Below, piece by piece: positions 27,879-38,082 of a DNA stretch of 64,000 bases. The notes beneath the pieces were generated by a model. It saw only the letters and a program-made list of their open reading frames with translations, was not told where the DNA came from and made no database searches. The position numbers were made by a program, and so were the translations under genes. Origin of the DNA: a virus; the IMG/VR virus record IMGVR_UViG_3300020419_001178, positions 1 through 64,000 of that record. One strand, 5' to 3'. Numbering within the stretch: position 1 is the stretch's first letter; every line of letters starts with the position of its first letter.

Positions 27879-28258
27879 ACTGGAAAGAAACATACACTAA
27901 GATCTTCCTAAAACAGGCTGATATTGCTATTAGTGAAACTTCGCTAAAACAATACATGCCTACTTGGTGGCAAAATACTAGAGGAAAAGAGACTGGCGGA
28001 TTACGACTTACCGACGACGGTTTTGATTTTTTGGTTGAAAAAATAGATCTACAAATGTATGAAATTCCTTTTCCAAAAGATTTCACAATGACAACACAAA
28101 CTGTGATATTCTTGGATCAATTTATTAATTGTCCTTATTATCTTTCCCCAAGAAGTATATTTGTAACGGACGAAAAGAAGTCTATGGAACTACATCTTTT
28201 CTCCGGAGACCTCCGAAAATATGGATTAGTAAAAGCAATTCAACGCCAAAAAAAATAA
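27875..28258 (+). CDS. hypothetical phage protein
   Basis: WW.N.R....GLRLT..G motif; ATGA overlap. Confidence 0.7.
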   Translation: MNWKETYTKIFLKQADIAISETSLKQYMPTWWQNTRGKETGGLRLTDDGFDFLVEKIDLQMYEIPFPKDFTMTTQTVIFLDQFINCPYYLSPRSIFVTDEKKSMELHLFSGDLRKYGLVKAIQRQKK

Positions 28259-28277
28259 TATTTTGGTAAAAAAGAGG

Positions 28278-28305
28278 TTGACTTTTATTTGTTCTGTGCT
28301 ATAAT
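28278..28305 (+). promoter_or_regulatory. sigma70-type extended -10 promoter
   Basis: TTGACT-16-TATAAT with a TG extension. Confidence 0.75.
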
Positions 28306-28351
28306 GTATACATAGTTAGAAATTAGGCACTGACAAATAAAGGAGTACAAT

Positions 28352-29440
28352 ATGGACAATATAGCATTAAGAACAGTATCACCCAACGGAGCAAAAAGAA
28401 GTATCCGTAGGGCATTCAAAAAGAAAAGACCACTTTTTATTTGGGGACCTCCAGGCATTGGTAAGTCTGAAGTAGTTCATCAAATAGGTGACGAATATAA
28501 AAAAGCATTAGTAATTGATATAAGACTTTCATTATGGGAACCTACAGACATCAAAGGTATTCCTTATTTTGATAGCAATGCCGGTACAATGGTATGGGCA
28601 CCACCTTCAGAACTTCCTGATGCGGAAACCGCTAAGAAGTATGAAATAGTCATTTTATTTATGGACGAAATGAACTCTGCTCCTCCGGCTGTACAGGCGG
28701 CGGCTTATCAGCTTATTCTTAACAGACGTGTAGGCACTTATCATTTGCCAGAGAACGTTGTTATTGTAGCGGCTGGTAACAGAGATGCTGACAAAGGTGT
28801 TACTTATAGAATGCCTGCTCCGTTGGCAAACAGGTTCATTCACTTAGAAATGAAAGTAGACTTTGATGATTGGTTTCAGTGGGCGGCTGAGCATAAACTT
28901 CATCAAGACGTCGTAGGTTATTTAAATTTTAGCAAGAAGGACTTGTATGACTTTGATCCAAAAAGCCCAAGTCGTTCATTTGCTACACCGCGTTCTTGGT
29001 CATTTGTTTCCGAGCTTATCGAAGACGATGATGATGAGAATACCACTACCGATTTGGTAAGTGGTGCCGTAGGCGAAGGACTTGCCGTTAAGTTCATGGC
29101 GCATCGTAAGGTTGCTTCAAAACTTCCTAAACCCACTGACATCCTAGATGGCAAGGTTAAGGATTTAGAGACTAAAGAAATCAGTGCCATGTATTCCTTG
29201 ACAGTCTCTTTATGCTATGAACTGAAAGAAGCCTGTGATAAAAAGGATAAAAAGTTTGATACGAAAGTTAATAACTTCCTTAGATTCGCAATGGACAACT
29301 TTGATACAGAATTGGTTGTTATGGGTATAAAGTTAGCCCTCACACAATACTCACTTCCAATAGACCCAGATGAGGTCGACTGTTTCGATGAATTCCATAA
29401 CAGGTTTGGTAAGTACGTAACTGCGGCTCAAAGTGCTTAA
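28352..29440 (+). CDS. MoxR-like AAA+ ATPase
   Basis: Walker A GPPGIGKS, Walker B ILFMDE, AAGN, MPAPLANRF, TPRSW. Confidence 0.9.
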   Translation: MDNIALRTVSPNGAKRSIRRAFKKKRPLFIWGPPGIGKSEVVHQIGDEYKKALVIDIRLSLWEPTDIKGIPYFDSNAGTMVWAPPSELPDAETAKKYEIVILFMDEMNSAPPAVQAAAYQLILNRRVGTYHLPENVVIVAAGNRDADKGVTYRMPAPLANRFIHLEMKVDFDDWFQWAAEHKLHQDVVGYLNFSKKDLYDFDPKSPSRSFATPRSWSFVSELIEDDDDENTTTDLVSGAVGEGLAVKFMAHRKVASKLPKPTDILDGKVKDLETKEISAMYSLTVSLCYELKEACDKKDKKFDTKVNNFLRFAMDNFDTELVVMGIKLALTQYSLPIDPDEVDCFDEFHNRFGKYVTAAQSA

Positions 29441-29454
29441 TAGCACTAGGAGTT

Positions 29455-29486
29455 TGGGCGTCTCCTTTAAAAAACGCCCATTTTTT
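29455..29486 (+). terminator. Rho-independent terminator
   Basis: TGGGCGT / ACGCCCA 7-bp stem followed by TTTTTT. Confidence 0.65.
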
Positions 29487-29489
29487 CAC

Positions 29490-29518
29490 TTGACAAATGA
29501 TGAAAAATGTTGTATATT
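29490..29518 (+). promoter_or_regulatory. sigma70-type promoter
   Basis: TTGACA-17-TATATT, upstream of GGAGAGG RBS. Confidence 0.7.
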
Positions 29519-29549
29519 AAATATATAATAAGGCAATACGGAGAGGCAC

Positions 29550-30818
29550 ATGACTATAGATACTAAAGGATTTGAACCAAAAGAGCTTACAGTAGATGAG
29601 CTTAAAGCAATGAGAGAAGACGTTGCTGATAGAATAATTGTAGCAAGAGTAGGATTACTACTTAGACACCCATTCTTTGGTAACATGGCTACAAGACTTA
29701 TTGTTAAAAACTGTGATGACTGGTGTCCTACTGCCGCAACAGACGGTAAACATTTATTTTATAATACACAATTCTTTAATGCTTTATCTAATAAAGAGAT
29801 AGAGTTTGTTATAGCACATGAGATACTTCATTGTGTTTTTGACCATATTATTAGACGTGAAGAAAGAGATCCAGAAATTTATAATATCGCTTGTGACTAT
29901 ATTGTAAATAATACATTGGTAAGAGATAAAATTGGTGATCCAGTAAAAATGATTCCTATTTTTCAAGACTGGAAATATGATGGTTGGCAATCAGAAGCAG
30001 TATATGATGACATATACGAGAAGGCTAAAGAGAACGGTAAGCAATTCTTAAAACAATTAGGCGAACTTTTAGACGAGCATATTGACTGGGAGAAAAAACC
30101 AGGGCAAAGTAAAAAAGGTAATGGTTCTAAAAACGGACAACGTCCGCATTATACAAAAGATGAAATGAAAAAAATTAGAGATCAAATAAAAGAAAACATG
30201 ATCTCTGCGGCACAATCCGCTGGTGCTGGTAATGTTCCTGCTGAAATAGAAAGAATGATAAAGGAACTTACTGAACCTAAAATGAATTGGAAAGAAATAC
30301 TAAGACAACAAATTCAGGCAACTGTAAGAAATGATTATACATTTAGTAGACCTAGTAGAAAAGGTTGGCATAGTGGTGTTGTTTTACCAGGTATGAATTT
30401 TGATCAACAGATAGATTGTGCTATTGGCTTTGATATGTCAGGTTCTATTGGAGACGATCAAGCTAAATTATTCCTATCTGAAGTAAAAGGTATAATGGAT
30501 GAATTTAAAGAATACAATTTAAAACTATGGTGTTTTGATACTAATGTATATGCTGAAAAAGATTATTCTAGTTCAGATGGAGAAGACTTTTCTAAGTATC
30601 AACCAGTAGGAGGTGGCGGTACTGACTTTATGGTTAATTGGGAATATATGAAAGAACACGATATACAACCTAAGAAGTTTATTATGTTTACAGACGGTTA
30701 TCCATTTGGTAGTTGGGGTGATGAAGATTATTGTGATACTGTATTTGTTATACATGGACATCACGATAGAAACTTTGTAGCACCGTTTGGAATAACTGCT
30801 CATTACGAGGATGCCTAA
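29550..30818 (+). CDS. HEXXH metallopeptidase-like plus vWA domain protein (DUF2201-type)
   Basis: TAATDG, AHEILH, NIACD, MIDAS DMSGS, GGGGTDF, FTDG; partner of the upstream AAA ATPase. Confidence 0.88.
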   Translation: MTIDTKGFEPKELTVDELKAMREDVADRIIVARVGLLLRHPFFGNMATRLIVKNCDDWCPTAATDGKHLFYNTQFFNALSNKEIEFVIAHEILHCVFDHIIRREERDPEIYNIACDYIVNNTLVRDKIGDPVKMIPIFQDWKYDGWQSEAVYDDIYEKAKENGKQFLKQLGELLDEHIDWEKKPGQSKKGNGSKNGQRPHYTKDEMKKIRDQIKENMISAAQSAGAGNVPAEIERMIKELTEPKMNWKEILRQQIQATVRNDYTFSRPSRKGWHSGVVLPGMNFDQQIDCAIGFDMSGSIGDDQAKLFLSEVKGIMDEFKEYNLKLWCFDTNVYAEKDYSSSDGEDFSKYQPVGGGGTDFMVNWEYMKEHDIQPKKFIMFTDGYPFGSWGDEDYCDTVFVIHGHHDRNFVAPFGITAHYEDA

Positions 30819-30824
30819 TAATAT

Positions 30825-31106
30825 ATGAAACTAAAGCATAAATTATCCCCTCAAGACTATTTTAGGTTTAGAAGATTAAAACATCAGCCTCCCCATTTGG
30901 CTATAATAGATTTACCTGTGAAATATAATATCCAAAATGCTATTGAAAATTGGATAGACAGCAACTTAAAGAACAGGTATTTTATTGGAAAATCTATAGG
31001 ATTAACCAAGGATAATAATGTGGATCAAGTACTAAGAGTAGGATTTGAAGATCCAAAAGAGCTGTCATTTTTCGTTTTAGCTTGTCCACTTTTGAAGTAC
31101 AAGTAA
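30825..31106 (+). CDS. hypothetical phage protein
   Basis: 93 aa, VGFEDPKELSFF.LAC motif. Confidence 0.65.
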   Translation: MKLKHKLSPQDYFRFRRLKHQPPHLAIIDLPVKYNIQNAIENWIDSNLKNRYFIGKSIGLTKDNNVDQVLRVGFEDPKELSFFVLACPLLKYK

Positions 31107-31146
31107 ATACTGAGCAGATAATTACTATATAGAAGGAGTATAAAAT

Positions 31147-31440
31147 ATGTCTGAAAACACAACTGTACCAGGTACAAACCCCGCAGAAGCACCTGCTGGA
31201 GCACCAGCTCAAGGCACACCGCCAACTGGAGCCCCTGTAGAACTAACTGTACAAGATCTTGGAGTAATTAAATCCATTATCGATGTTGCTTCACAGAGGG
31301 GTGCTTTTAGAGCAAATGAAATGGAAGCCGTTGGCAAAACTTTTAACAAACTTGACTCATTCCTTTCAACTGTTCAAAAGGCAGAAGAAGAAGCAAAAAA
31401 AGCCAACGAAGGAAAAGAAGAGTCTAAAGGAGACAAATAA
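31147..31440 (+). CDS. hypothetical phage protein
   Basis: AGTAAATA box at 31102 and AAGGAG RBS; IIDVASQRGAF.A.E motif. Confidence 0.75.
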   Translation: MSENTTVPGTNPAEAPAGAPAQGTPPTGAPVELTVQDLGVIKSIIDVASQRGAFRANEMEAVGKTFNKLDSFLSTVQKAEEEAKKANEGKEESKGDK

Positions 31441-32096
31441 TGGCTGATATAAAACACGTAGGTAGACTTAAAGCCAACCAGAGAAAGGTTGTTGTCGCTT
31501 ACAAAGTCATCCCAAATGAAGATCCAGCAGTAAGTGCATTAGTGATTGATACGGCAACATTAGAAGATGCTGATCACGATGCTTTAATTAATACTGTCCA
31601 AGGTAACGCAGGCCAATCGGCATTTGAATTTGCTGAAGTAATGGCAAGAAGCACATTACCAGATGGTTCGAACATGTTAGCTAGATTCCATGCTACTGGA
31701 AAATTAGTTAAGGTTCCGCACACTTCAATTGAAATGATGCCTAATCCAAACGCAACTGTAGGATTAGATGAACTGGTTAAAATTATTGCTGAACAAAGAG
31801 GCACAACTGTAGCAGGTTTGGCTATGAAAAATCCAAACGAATTGCCAGAAGGCACAACTATTACAGAAGCTGGTTCAGTAAACGAGATGCCAAAGGCATC
31901 AAACGTACTAGCAGAATCACAGGCGGCAAATATTCAAGCCCCGAACAACGCGGCATTGACAGATGAGCAATTGGCGGCAAGCTATAGATCTCAAGCTGAT
32001 AGACTTTATAAAGAAGCAAAAAGTCTAAGAGAACAAGCTGAAGAGCTAGTTCCTACTACTAAGAAAAGCAAAGCCAGTGTCAAAGCGGCTTCCTGA
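31440..32096 (+). CDS. hypothetical phage protein
   Basis: 218 aa, KHVGR N-terminal motif, C-terminal coiled coil. Confidence 0.75.
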   Translation: MADIKHVGRLKANQRKVVVAYKVIPNEDPAVSALVIDTATLEDADHDALINTVQGNAGQSAFEFAEVMARSTLPDGSNMLARFHATGKLVKVPHTSIEMMPNPNATVGLDELVKIIAEQRGTTVAGLAMKNPNELPEGTTITEAGSVNEMPKASNVLAESQAANIQAPNNAALTDEQLAASYRSQADRLYKEAKSLREQAEELVPTTKKSKASVKAAS

Positions 32097-32394
32097 TGAT
32101 GTAATTAAGCATTGGCCAGACGTTTTCAAAGATATTGATATACATACTATCCCCATAAACTATCTTAGTTCTATAAAGGTAGAATTTAAAAAAGGTAGAG
32201 TGTGGGAGATAGATTGTAACGCAAAAAGAGAAACCGGTGCTGATCTAGACAAAAGCATATCAGATTTATTCAAAGAGTACGGAGAAGATATATTACACGT
32301 TGATTTTAGGCTTAACACGCCTAAACTTAAGAGAGATATAGAAAAACGTACTAGAGCATTCTTAAAAAACCCCAGAAAAAAGAGAACACGATAA
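32077..32394 (+). CDS. hypothetical phage protein
   Basis: 105 aa, GTG start. Confidence 0.65.
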   Translation: MSKRLPDDVIKHWPDVFKDIDIHTIPINYLSSIKVEFKKGRVWEIDCNAKRETGADLDKSISDLFKEYGEDILHVDFRLNTPKLKRDIEKRTRAFLKNPRKKRTR

Positions 32395-32405
32395 TTGATT
32401 AATGT

Positions 32406-32413
32406 GATAAATA
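32406..32413 (+). promoter_or_regulatory. T4 late-type promoter box (GATAAATA)
   Basis: Intergenic, upstream of AGGAG and a structural gene. Confidence 0.6.
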
Positions 32414-32440
32414 TATACAACAACGAATTAGGAGTATTAG

Positions 32441-33538
32441 ATGGGTACTTTAAGACTTAAAAGAGGGACTAAAGAAGCACTGCAAACCAACCCCGGTTTT
32501 ACACCCGCGGAAGGTGAACTTGTTTATACAACAGACAGTAAAGAAGTATTTGTAGGTGATGGAGCCACACAAGGTGGTGTAGCAGTTTCAGTATCCACAC
32601 AAAACCTAGAAGACTTAGGTAACGTTCAAGCACTAGCGGCGCAAAAAGACCAAATTTTAGTATATACAGGGTCTCAATGGGCGGCAACAAACAATCCAGC
32701 AGTAGACATACGTGGTAACATATATGGTGATGATTCCACACTATTAGTTGATGCTATCAACGGAAAAATAGTAGGACCAGTAGAAACTTCAACAGTAGCG
32801 GCAACTACACTAACAGGAAACCTTACAGGTGATACTAACGGATCACATACAGGCGGAGTGGTTGGTGATGTTGTAGGTAATGTAGTAGGAACTATCACTG
32901 GCTCATTAACAGGTACTATGACAGGTTCAGTATTTGGTGATGACAGTTCAGGACTACTAGTTGACGGTATTAACAATCAAATTACTGGCTCCATTAATGC
33001 TATGAATGTTTCAACATTTGATAACACAATTAACATTGGTACTAAATCAGCCAATCCAGCTTTTAATTATAATACAACATCAACAAACGGTTCTTTTCCA
33101 CAGTCAACTATACAGATTAGAAATGTACACAATGATGTAACAGCAGACGAATTAGGTATTTTCAGATCCAGAGGAGTTTTAGGAGCAAGAACAACTGTAC
33201 AAGCAAATGATGTAATTGGTGGATTTGGTTGGTCAGCATATGACGGAGCATCAGTTTTAATTGGTGCGAACATGAATAGTGTTATTAATAGTGTTTCTAC
33301 AAATAACCTATCAGCAGATTTAATTATTAGAACAAGAAACGGTGCTATATCAACATATGGCGAAGCAATGAGAATTAAAGCAGATAAAGGTGTGACAACA
33401 GCAAGTTACGTCCAGTTTGGTAGTTTGACAACTACACAAAGAGATGCTTTGACTCCTGCTAATGGGATGGTAATTTACAATTCAAGTGATAATAAATTCC
33501 AAGGCTATGAAAACGGTGCTTGGGTTAATTTAATTTAA
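32441..33538 (+). CDS. tail fibre / virion fibre protein
   Basis: N-terminal LKRGT...PAEGELVYTTD...VGDG (Mtd/hyaluronidase-N-like), GxxxG repeats, C-terminal TTTQRDAL..ANGMVIYN...FQGY.NGAW. Confidence 0.8.
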   Translation: MGTLRLKRGTKEALQTNPGFTPAEGELVYTTDSKEVFVGDGATQGGVAVSVSTQNLEDLGNVQALAAQKDQILVYTGSQWAATNNPAVDIRGNIYGDDSTLLVDAINGKIVGPVETSTVAATTLTGNLTGDTNGSHTGGVVGDVVGNVVGTITGSLTGTMTGSVFGDDSSGLLVDGINNQITGSINAMNVSTFDNTINIGTKSANPAFNYNTTSTNGSFPQSTIQIRNVHNDVTADELGIFRSRGVLGARTTVQANDVIGGFGWSAYDGASVLIGANMNSVINSVSTNNLSADLIIRTRNGAISTYGEAMRIKADKGVTTASYVQFGSLTTTQRDALTPANGMVIYNSSDNKFQGYENGAWVNLI

Positions 33539-34109
33539 ATAACTTACCCTTATCATACAATTCAACAATTTCGTTAAAAGGTATATCTGTACTAAATTGA
33601 CAGTGGAATCTATAGTCGTTTGTTTCATTTGTAGCATTATGATACTCTAACAAATTAAAGATTACAGCAGTATGATCTGTATAATTTATAGTTTCTTGTA
33701 ATTTAAATTTAGCATTATCGTAATCACTGTATTCTCCTTCTTCTAAGGTCCAAAACTTTGTTGGGCCAAAGCTACTTATAGTCAATGGGTATACAGGAAT
33801 GCTTATAACACTTACTCTTGGAACAAAAGGATTCTTTTGGTCAACATGTATCTTTCCTATAGTAAAAGGTGTTTGTCCTAGTATTTCATAATGTACATCA
33901 ACTAAAAATTTCTTGCCTATCTCATCCATTAGTTCTGTAGGAATAAGATCTCTAGGACAATACCAATTCCAGTCAGTCTTTCCATACTTGTCTGGCTTTG
34001 TGCCAGTGTAAGCGAAACTGTCTTTATGATTAAGTATATGATCTGCTAACTTAGATCTTGTTTCTTTACTAAAAGTTAACTCTTTAATGTGCTGAAAATA
34101 TGGTCTCAT
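33525..34109 (-). CDS. Fe(II)/2OG-dioxygenase-like (DSBH) protein
   Basis: IHVD ... YHNA ... R pattern. Confidence 0.6.
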   Translation of the reverse strand: MRPYFQHIKELTFSKETRSKLADHILNHKDSFAYTGTKPDKYGKTDWNWYCPRDLIPTELMDEIGKKFLVDVHYEILGQTPFTIGKIHVDQKNPFVPRVSVISIPVYPLTISSFGPTKFWTLEEGEYSDYDNAKFKLQETINYTDHTAVIFNLLEYHNATNETNDYRFHCQFSTDIPFNEIVELYDKGKLFKLN

Positions 34110-34684
34110 TTATTACTCCGTAGTGGATAATTATTTTTAATTTTTTCTTTTATTTCATCAAAAGTATTATGGGTAAACCGTAACTTAAATAATATCCTAT
34201 CTTGATCTTTTTGAACTGGAACACTATGATTGATACTTACATTTAACAATGCAACATCATAGTATTCATCAGCATGTCCCTCAAAATTTATAGGAGTTTG
34301 TTCTCCTTCTAGGATAAAATTTATAGCACATAAAGTGCCTACATCAGTATGTACAGGCACTTCAGAACCTTGTGTCTGCGTTAAAAAGTTTGCTTTGATT
34401 GTATCAGTTTCACAAATCTTTTTGAATAAAGATGTTAATCGTCTACTCTCTGAGAGATCAAATTCTGTGACTTTAGGTTCTCTTGAAGCATTCCACGACC
34501 TTTGCTCTGTCCACCATTTGTTATTTTTTTCAATAAATGACATATCGTCATTGTAATCCAATCCTTCATTATATATCCATGTCAAGGTATCTTTATTAAT
34601 TGGTTGGTACTGAAATACCTTAGACTCTTCTAACAGCTTTTTCTTATCATGATCTACTACAAATTTAAAAATACAATCTTCCAT
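34106..34684 (-). CDS. Fe(II)/2OG-dioxygenase-like protein
   Basis: VHTD..CAINF...LLNVSINHSV...DRI. Confidence 0.65.
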   Translation of the reverse strand: MEDCIFKFVVDHDKKKLLEESKVFQYQPINKDTLTWIYNEGLDYNDDMSFIEKNNKWWTEQRSWNASREPKVTEFDLSESRRLTSLFKKICETDTIKANFLTQTQGSEVPVHTDVGTLCAINFILEGEQTPINFEGHADEYYDVALLNVSINHSVPVQKDQDRILFKLRFTHNTFDEIKEKIKNNYPLRSNK

Positions 34685-34685
34685 T

Positions 34686-35387
34686 TTAATTTTTCCTACC
34701 TAAGTAATACATCCTATTACCCATATCTAAAGCTACTATATCTCCAGTCGCAAACCAGTCATCATATATACTTGTTGATCCTTTCACATGTAACTCATGA
34801 TCAATTATCTTCCAATCACAATAATATGTATCTCCTAAAATTGTATATCCTTCGAAACATCTTTCCTTTACATAGTTAACTTTATCTATACTATCAAATT
34901 CTATGTTAATTGTTATAGGACCTATTTCACTCATTCCCCAGTTAGGTTGTACAATAGCTCCTTTAGAAACAAAAGCTTCTATCATATCCCAAGATACAGG
35001 ATCACTGCCGCCTAATATTCTTTTACCTGTCAAATCACAATCTTTAAATCCTTTAGTATTCATTACTGCTGTCATTTGTGCTGGTGCTAAAAATGTATGG
35101 GTATAATTTTTAAAAATGTCTAAAAACTTAAATGGATTAAATTTCATTGCTGTCACTTCTGCGTTTACACTAAAAGCCGGTAAACTTTGTGCTAATAATC
35201 CGCCAGCATGGGTCATACGTGTCACTGTAAGTATCTTACTTGTTACTGATATCTTTTGGGCATCAACTGCTATACGATTTGCTTCTTTAAGGTTTTCTGG
35301 TGTTCTAAAAATGTCCTTGGACGGGCCTGTTGTCCCACTACTAGAAATGGTTACACCATTTTCTAATACGTGCTGAAAATCAACCAT
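34686..35387 (-). CDS. truncated adenylate-forming (ANL/AMP-binding) enzyme
   Basis: SSGTTGPSK, WGMSEIG, FATGD, YLGR; ends right after the hinge. Start reassigned to ATG 35387. Confidence 0.8.
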   Translation of the reverse strand: MVDFQHVLENGVTISSSGTTGPSKDIFRTPENLKEANRIAVDAQKISVTSKILTVTRMTHAGGLLAQSLPAFSVNAEVTAMKFNPFKFLDIFKNYTHTFLAPAQMTAVMNTKGFKDCDLTGKRILGGSDPVSWDMIEAFVSKGAIVQPNWGMSEIGPITINIEFDSIDKVNYVKERCFEGYTILGDTYYCDWKIIDHELHVKGSTSIYDDWFATGDIVALDMGNRMYYLGRKN

Positions 35388-36420
35388 TTTCGTATTTCTC
35401 CAAGCTATTATTAATTTGATTTTTGACTTTAATGAACGTACAAAGCTCATATAAGCGGTTTATATGCTCTGCGCCTACATACGTACAAGTACTCCGTAAA
35501 CCCCCTTGTAACTGCTTTAAAATGCGTTTAATAGGCCCTTTACAGGGTATTAATAGGTCTCTGCCTTCGTTAGGTTTGTAATCCATTTCGTCTGGATTTG
35601 TTCTGTCATACATTTTGGTACTTCCTAGCCCATACAAGTTTACAAACCGTTTTCCGTCAATTTCAATTACATTATCACACTCGTCACTTCCACTAACCAT
35701 GCCTGCTATCATAACTATTTTAGCTCCCGCTCCAATTGCTTTGGCTACGTCTCCTGGAGTTACACACCCTCCATCAGAAATAATATCTAACCCAAACTTT
35801 GTTGCTTCAGGATAACAATCCATAATAGCACTTAATTGTGGTACTCCTACTCCTACTTCAGATCTTGTCTTACAAGCGGCTCCACTACCTACACCTACTT
35901 TTATTAAATTTGCTCCTGCCATTGCTAATTTTTTAATTACTTCGGGCGTAGCTATGTTTCCCGCACAGATTTTAATGTGCGGAAATTTTTTTCTAAACTG
36001 TGTAATAGTTTCTAACATACCTTCTACATTAGCATACACATTAGCAATGTCAATATTGATTAGTCCAATGTCGGGAAACTGTGAAATAATTTCTATAGTC
36101 TTTTCCCTGTCTTTAAGACGAACACCACTTGTAATAGCAATGTATCTTCTATCACTTATTGATCGTAAGTGTTTTAGATGTTCTTCTAACTTATATTCTT
36201 TGTGTATGAAAGTAAAAAATCTCATCGGTGTAAGTATGTTTGCTATCTTATAGGTACCTGTGCTTGTCATATTAGCAACAGCTATAGGATGTACAGTGGT
36301 ATCCAACCAATCTATTTCTATTTGTATATCTTTTCTCGTAAGAGATTTTGTTGCTTCTTTAGGCTCTATTAAAACATCTTTAAAATCTAATTTTATTTCT
36401 TCTTTAACTTTAGTATTCAT
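35380..36420 (-). CDS. guaC: GMP reductase / IMPDH-family oxidoreductase
   Basis: LDFKDVLI, ANM, AGN, KVGVGSGAACKTR, GVPQLSA, ISDGG, GDVAKA, EGR, GGLRSTCTYVGA. Confidence 0.8.
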   Translation of the reverse strand: MNTKVKEEIKLDFKDVLIEPKEATKSLTRKDIQIEIDWLDTTVHPIAVANMTSTGTYKIANILTPMRFFTFIHKEYKLEEHLKHLRSISDRRYIAITSGVRLKDREKTIEIISQFPDIGLINIDIANVYANVEGMLETITQFRKKFPHIKICAGNIATPEVIKKLAMAGANLIKVGVGSGAACKTRSEVGVGVPQLSAIMDCYPEATKFGLDIISDGGCVTPGDVAKAIGAGAKIVMIAGMVSGSDECDNVIEIDGKRFVNLYGLGSTKMYDRTNPDEMDYKPNEGRDLLIPCKGPIKRILKQLQGGLRSTCTYVGAEHINRLYELCTFIKVKNQINNSLEKYENG

Positions 36421-37342
36421 TTTCGTTTAATTTCACATGTTCGTAAAAAGGAGCTAACTTCCAATCTTTTGTAATTCTGCCTCTACGAATACTTCCAGGG
36501 TCAGGAATACCTACTTCATTATCTGTATCCCAATCTGTTATTTTTACCCATTGCCCTTTATATCTTTCTTTGTTAGTTGGATCTAAAGGAAATTCTATTG
36601 TTCCAGGTTCTACTACATTACTATATCTATGGGGCTTGCCGTAATGACTCCAAATGTAATCTTCTGTATGACCTAGTTGGTCAGCACATAGTTTGACCAT
36701 GTCAGCCATCTTTAAATTTTCATCTGCTTCTTTTTGATACCTTCCAAGTTGTCCTACATTCTTAAAACGCAAAGTTATATCAGGAACTTTTTCTCTAGTA
36801 ATTAACTCAAGAGCCGCCGCTGGTGCTTGTTCATTTATACCTTTAACTAAAATTATTCCTGCGTTCATGTTAAATTTATCTTTACAATTTTTAAATGCTT
36901 TAATTTTTTTTGTAGCACATCTCATTTCGTCTATTTGCTCGTACCAGTCATCATTTTCTATTCCGTTTAGACTCATATAAACATGCTTTAATCCAGTAGC
37001 TTCTATCTTGTTAACAAAGGATTCACTTGACATTCTAAGTCCATTTGTAATTAAAATACAGTTATGTCCGTGTTTGAATCCAATGTTTATAAAATCTATT
37101 AGTTGTGGATGGAGTGTTGGTTCGGCTCCTACTATACGTATCATAATTGGGTTAGGAAGTTTGGCAATAAATTCTTCATATGGTTTAATTTCCATATCTG
37201 GTATGAATCTGTTTGGAACGTAGCAGTTTTTACATTCCATATTACAGCGATGAGTGATATCGGCCACAACATCAAAAAAAGAATTATTCTCCGGCTCGAT
37301 CTCATAATAATTTAGGTTATCAAGATTTATCTGTTTTGTCAT
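36410..37342 (-). CDS. radical SAM enzyme (MoaA-like core)
   Basis: ITHRCNMECKNC, VGAEPTL, ITNG, MSLNG. Confidence 0.85.
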   Translation of the reverse strand: MTKQINLDNLNYYEIEPENNSFFDVVADITHRCNMECKNCYVPNRFIPDMEIKPYEEFIAKLPNPIMIRIVGAEPTLHPQLIDFINIGFKHGHNCILITNGLRMSSESFVNKIEATGLKHVYMSLNGIENDDWYEQIDEMRCATKKIKAFKNCKDKFNMNAGIILVKGINEQAPAAALELITREKVPDITLRFKNVGQLGRYQKEADENLKMADMVKLCADQLGHTEDYIWSHYGKPHRYSNVVEPGTIEFPLDPTNKERYKGQWVKITDWDTDNEVGIPDPGSIRRGRITKDWKLAPFYEHVKLNENEY

Positions 37343-37362
37343 ATAGGCACTCTTTTACAAAG

Positions 37363-37381
37363 TATTTATAGGATATAAATA
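37363..37381. promoter_or_regulatory. back-to-back divergent T4 late promoters
   Basis: TATAAATA on the minus strand (37363-37370) and on the plus strand (37374-37381), between divergent genes. Confidence 0.75.
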
Positions 37382-37386
37382 TACGT

Positions 37387-38082
37387 ATGTATGATGTGAA
37401 CAAATGGCAAGAATTATATACTCCGCACACCGACTATCAAAAAAGTCAGCATAGTGTAGTCAGTTTACCTGACAAGTATGATATAGACTTGAAAGAAATA
37501 GATAAAGGAATTGATACTGTATTAAGTAATTATGAAATGGTTGCTTATACTGTAGACACACCGGTAGGAAAAATACAAGTTCCAGGATACTACGGACTTT
37601 GCTTTAAAACTAAACCTAAATCAAATGACCCTTTAGGTGAAGGATTGACAAGTAATATCCATTCTCACTCTAATATGAATCATCCAGTAGATATCGAATA
37701 TACTGAAAAAAGTCCAGCTTGGTTTCCCTATTTAGATGAAATAACAAAAAAGTTTAGAGGACAAGTTACGCAGATTAGACTTATAAAATTGGAAGCAGGA
37801 CATGACTTGTTAAGTAGAGAAAAAACTTCCCACATTGACTATCCATGGTATAGAGGTATAAGGATTCATATTTGTCTAACACCTGATGTTGATTATGTAT
37901 GGAGAGTTTTAGATAAAGATTATCATTTTCAAAGATCTAGCAAAATGAATTATTTAGATACAGGTAAACCTCACGGTGCCGTAAATAATCATAATGACAA
38001 AGATAGATATGTTTTAAATATAAATTTAGCACCAAAATTAGATTTACATATTGACGAGCAAATAGAAAAACAAATTATTTAA
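37387..38082 (+). CDS. Asp/Asn beta-hydroxylase-like Fe(II)/2OG dioxygenase
   Basis: QIRLIKL, SHID, RIHI, DTGKPHGAVN, R.VL. Confidence 0.7.
   Translation: MYDVNKWQELYTPHTDYQKSQHSVVSLPDKYDIDLKEIDKGIDTVLSNYEMVAYTVDTPVGKIQVPGYYGLCFKTKPKSNDPLGEGLTSNIHSHSNMNHPVDIEYTEKSPAWFPYLDEITKKFRGQVTQIRLIKLEAGHDLLSREKTSHIDYPWYRGIRIHICLTPDVDYVWRVLDKDYHFQRSSKMNYLDTGKPHGAVNNHNDKDRYVLNINLAPKLDLHIDEQIEKQII

Noticed and set aside
32790-32960. GxxxG repeats as a DGR target, CRISPR or tandem DNA repeat
   Set aside because: The repeat is at protein level only (fibre shaft); no reverse transcriptase, template repeat or spacer structure is present.
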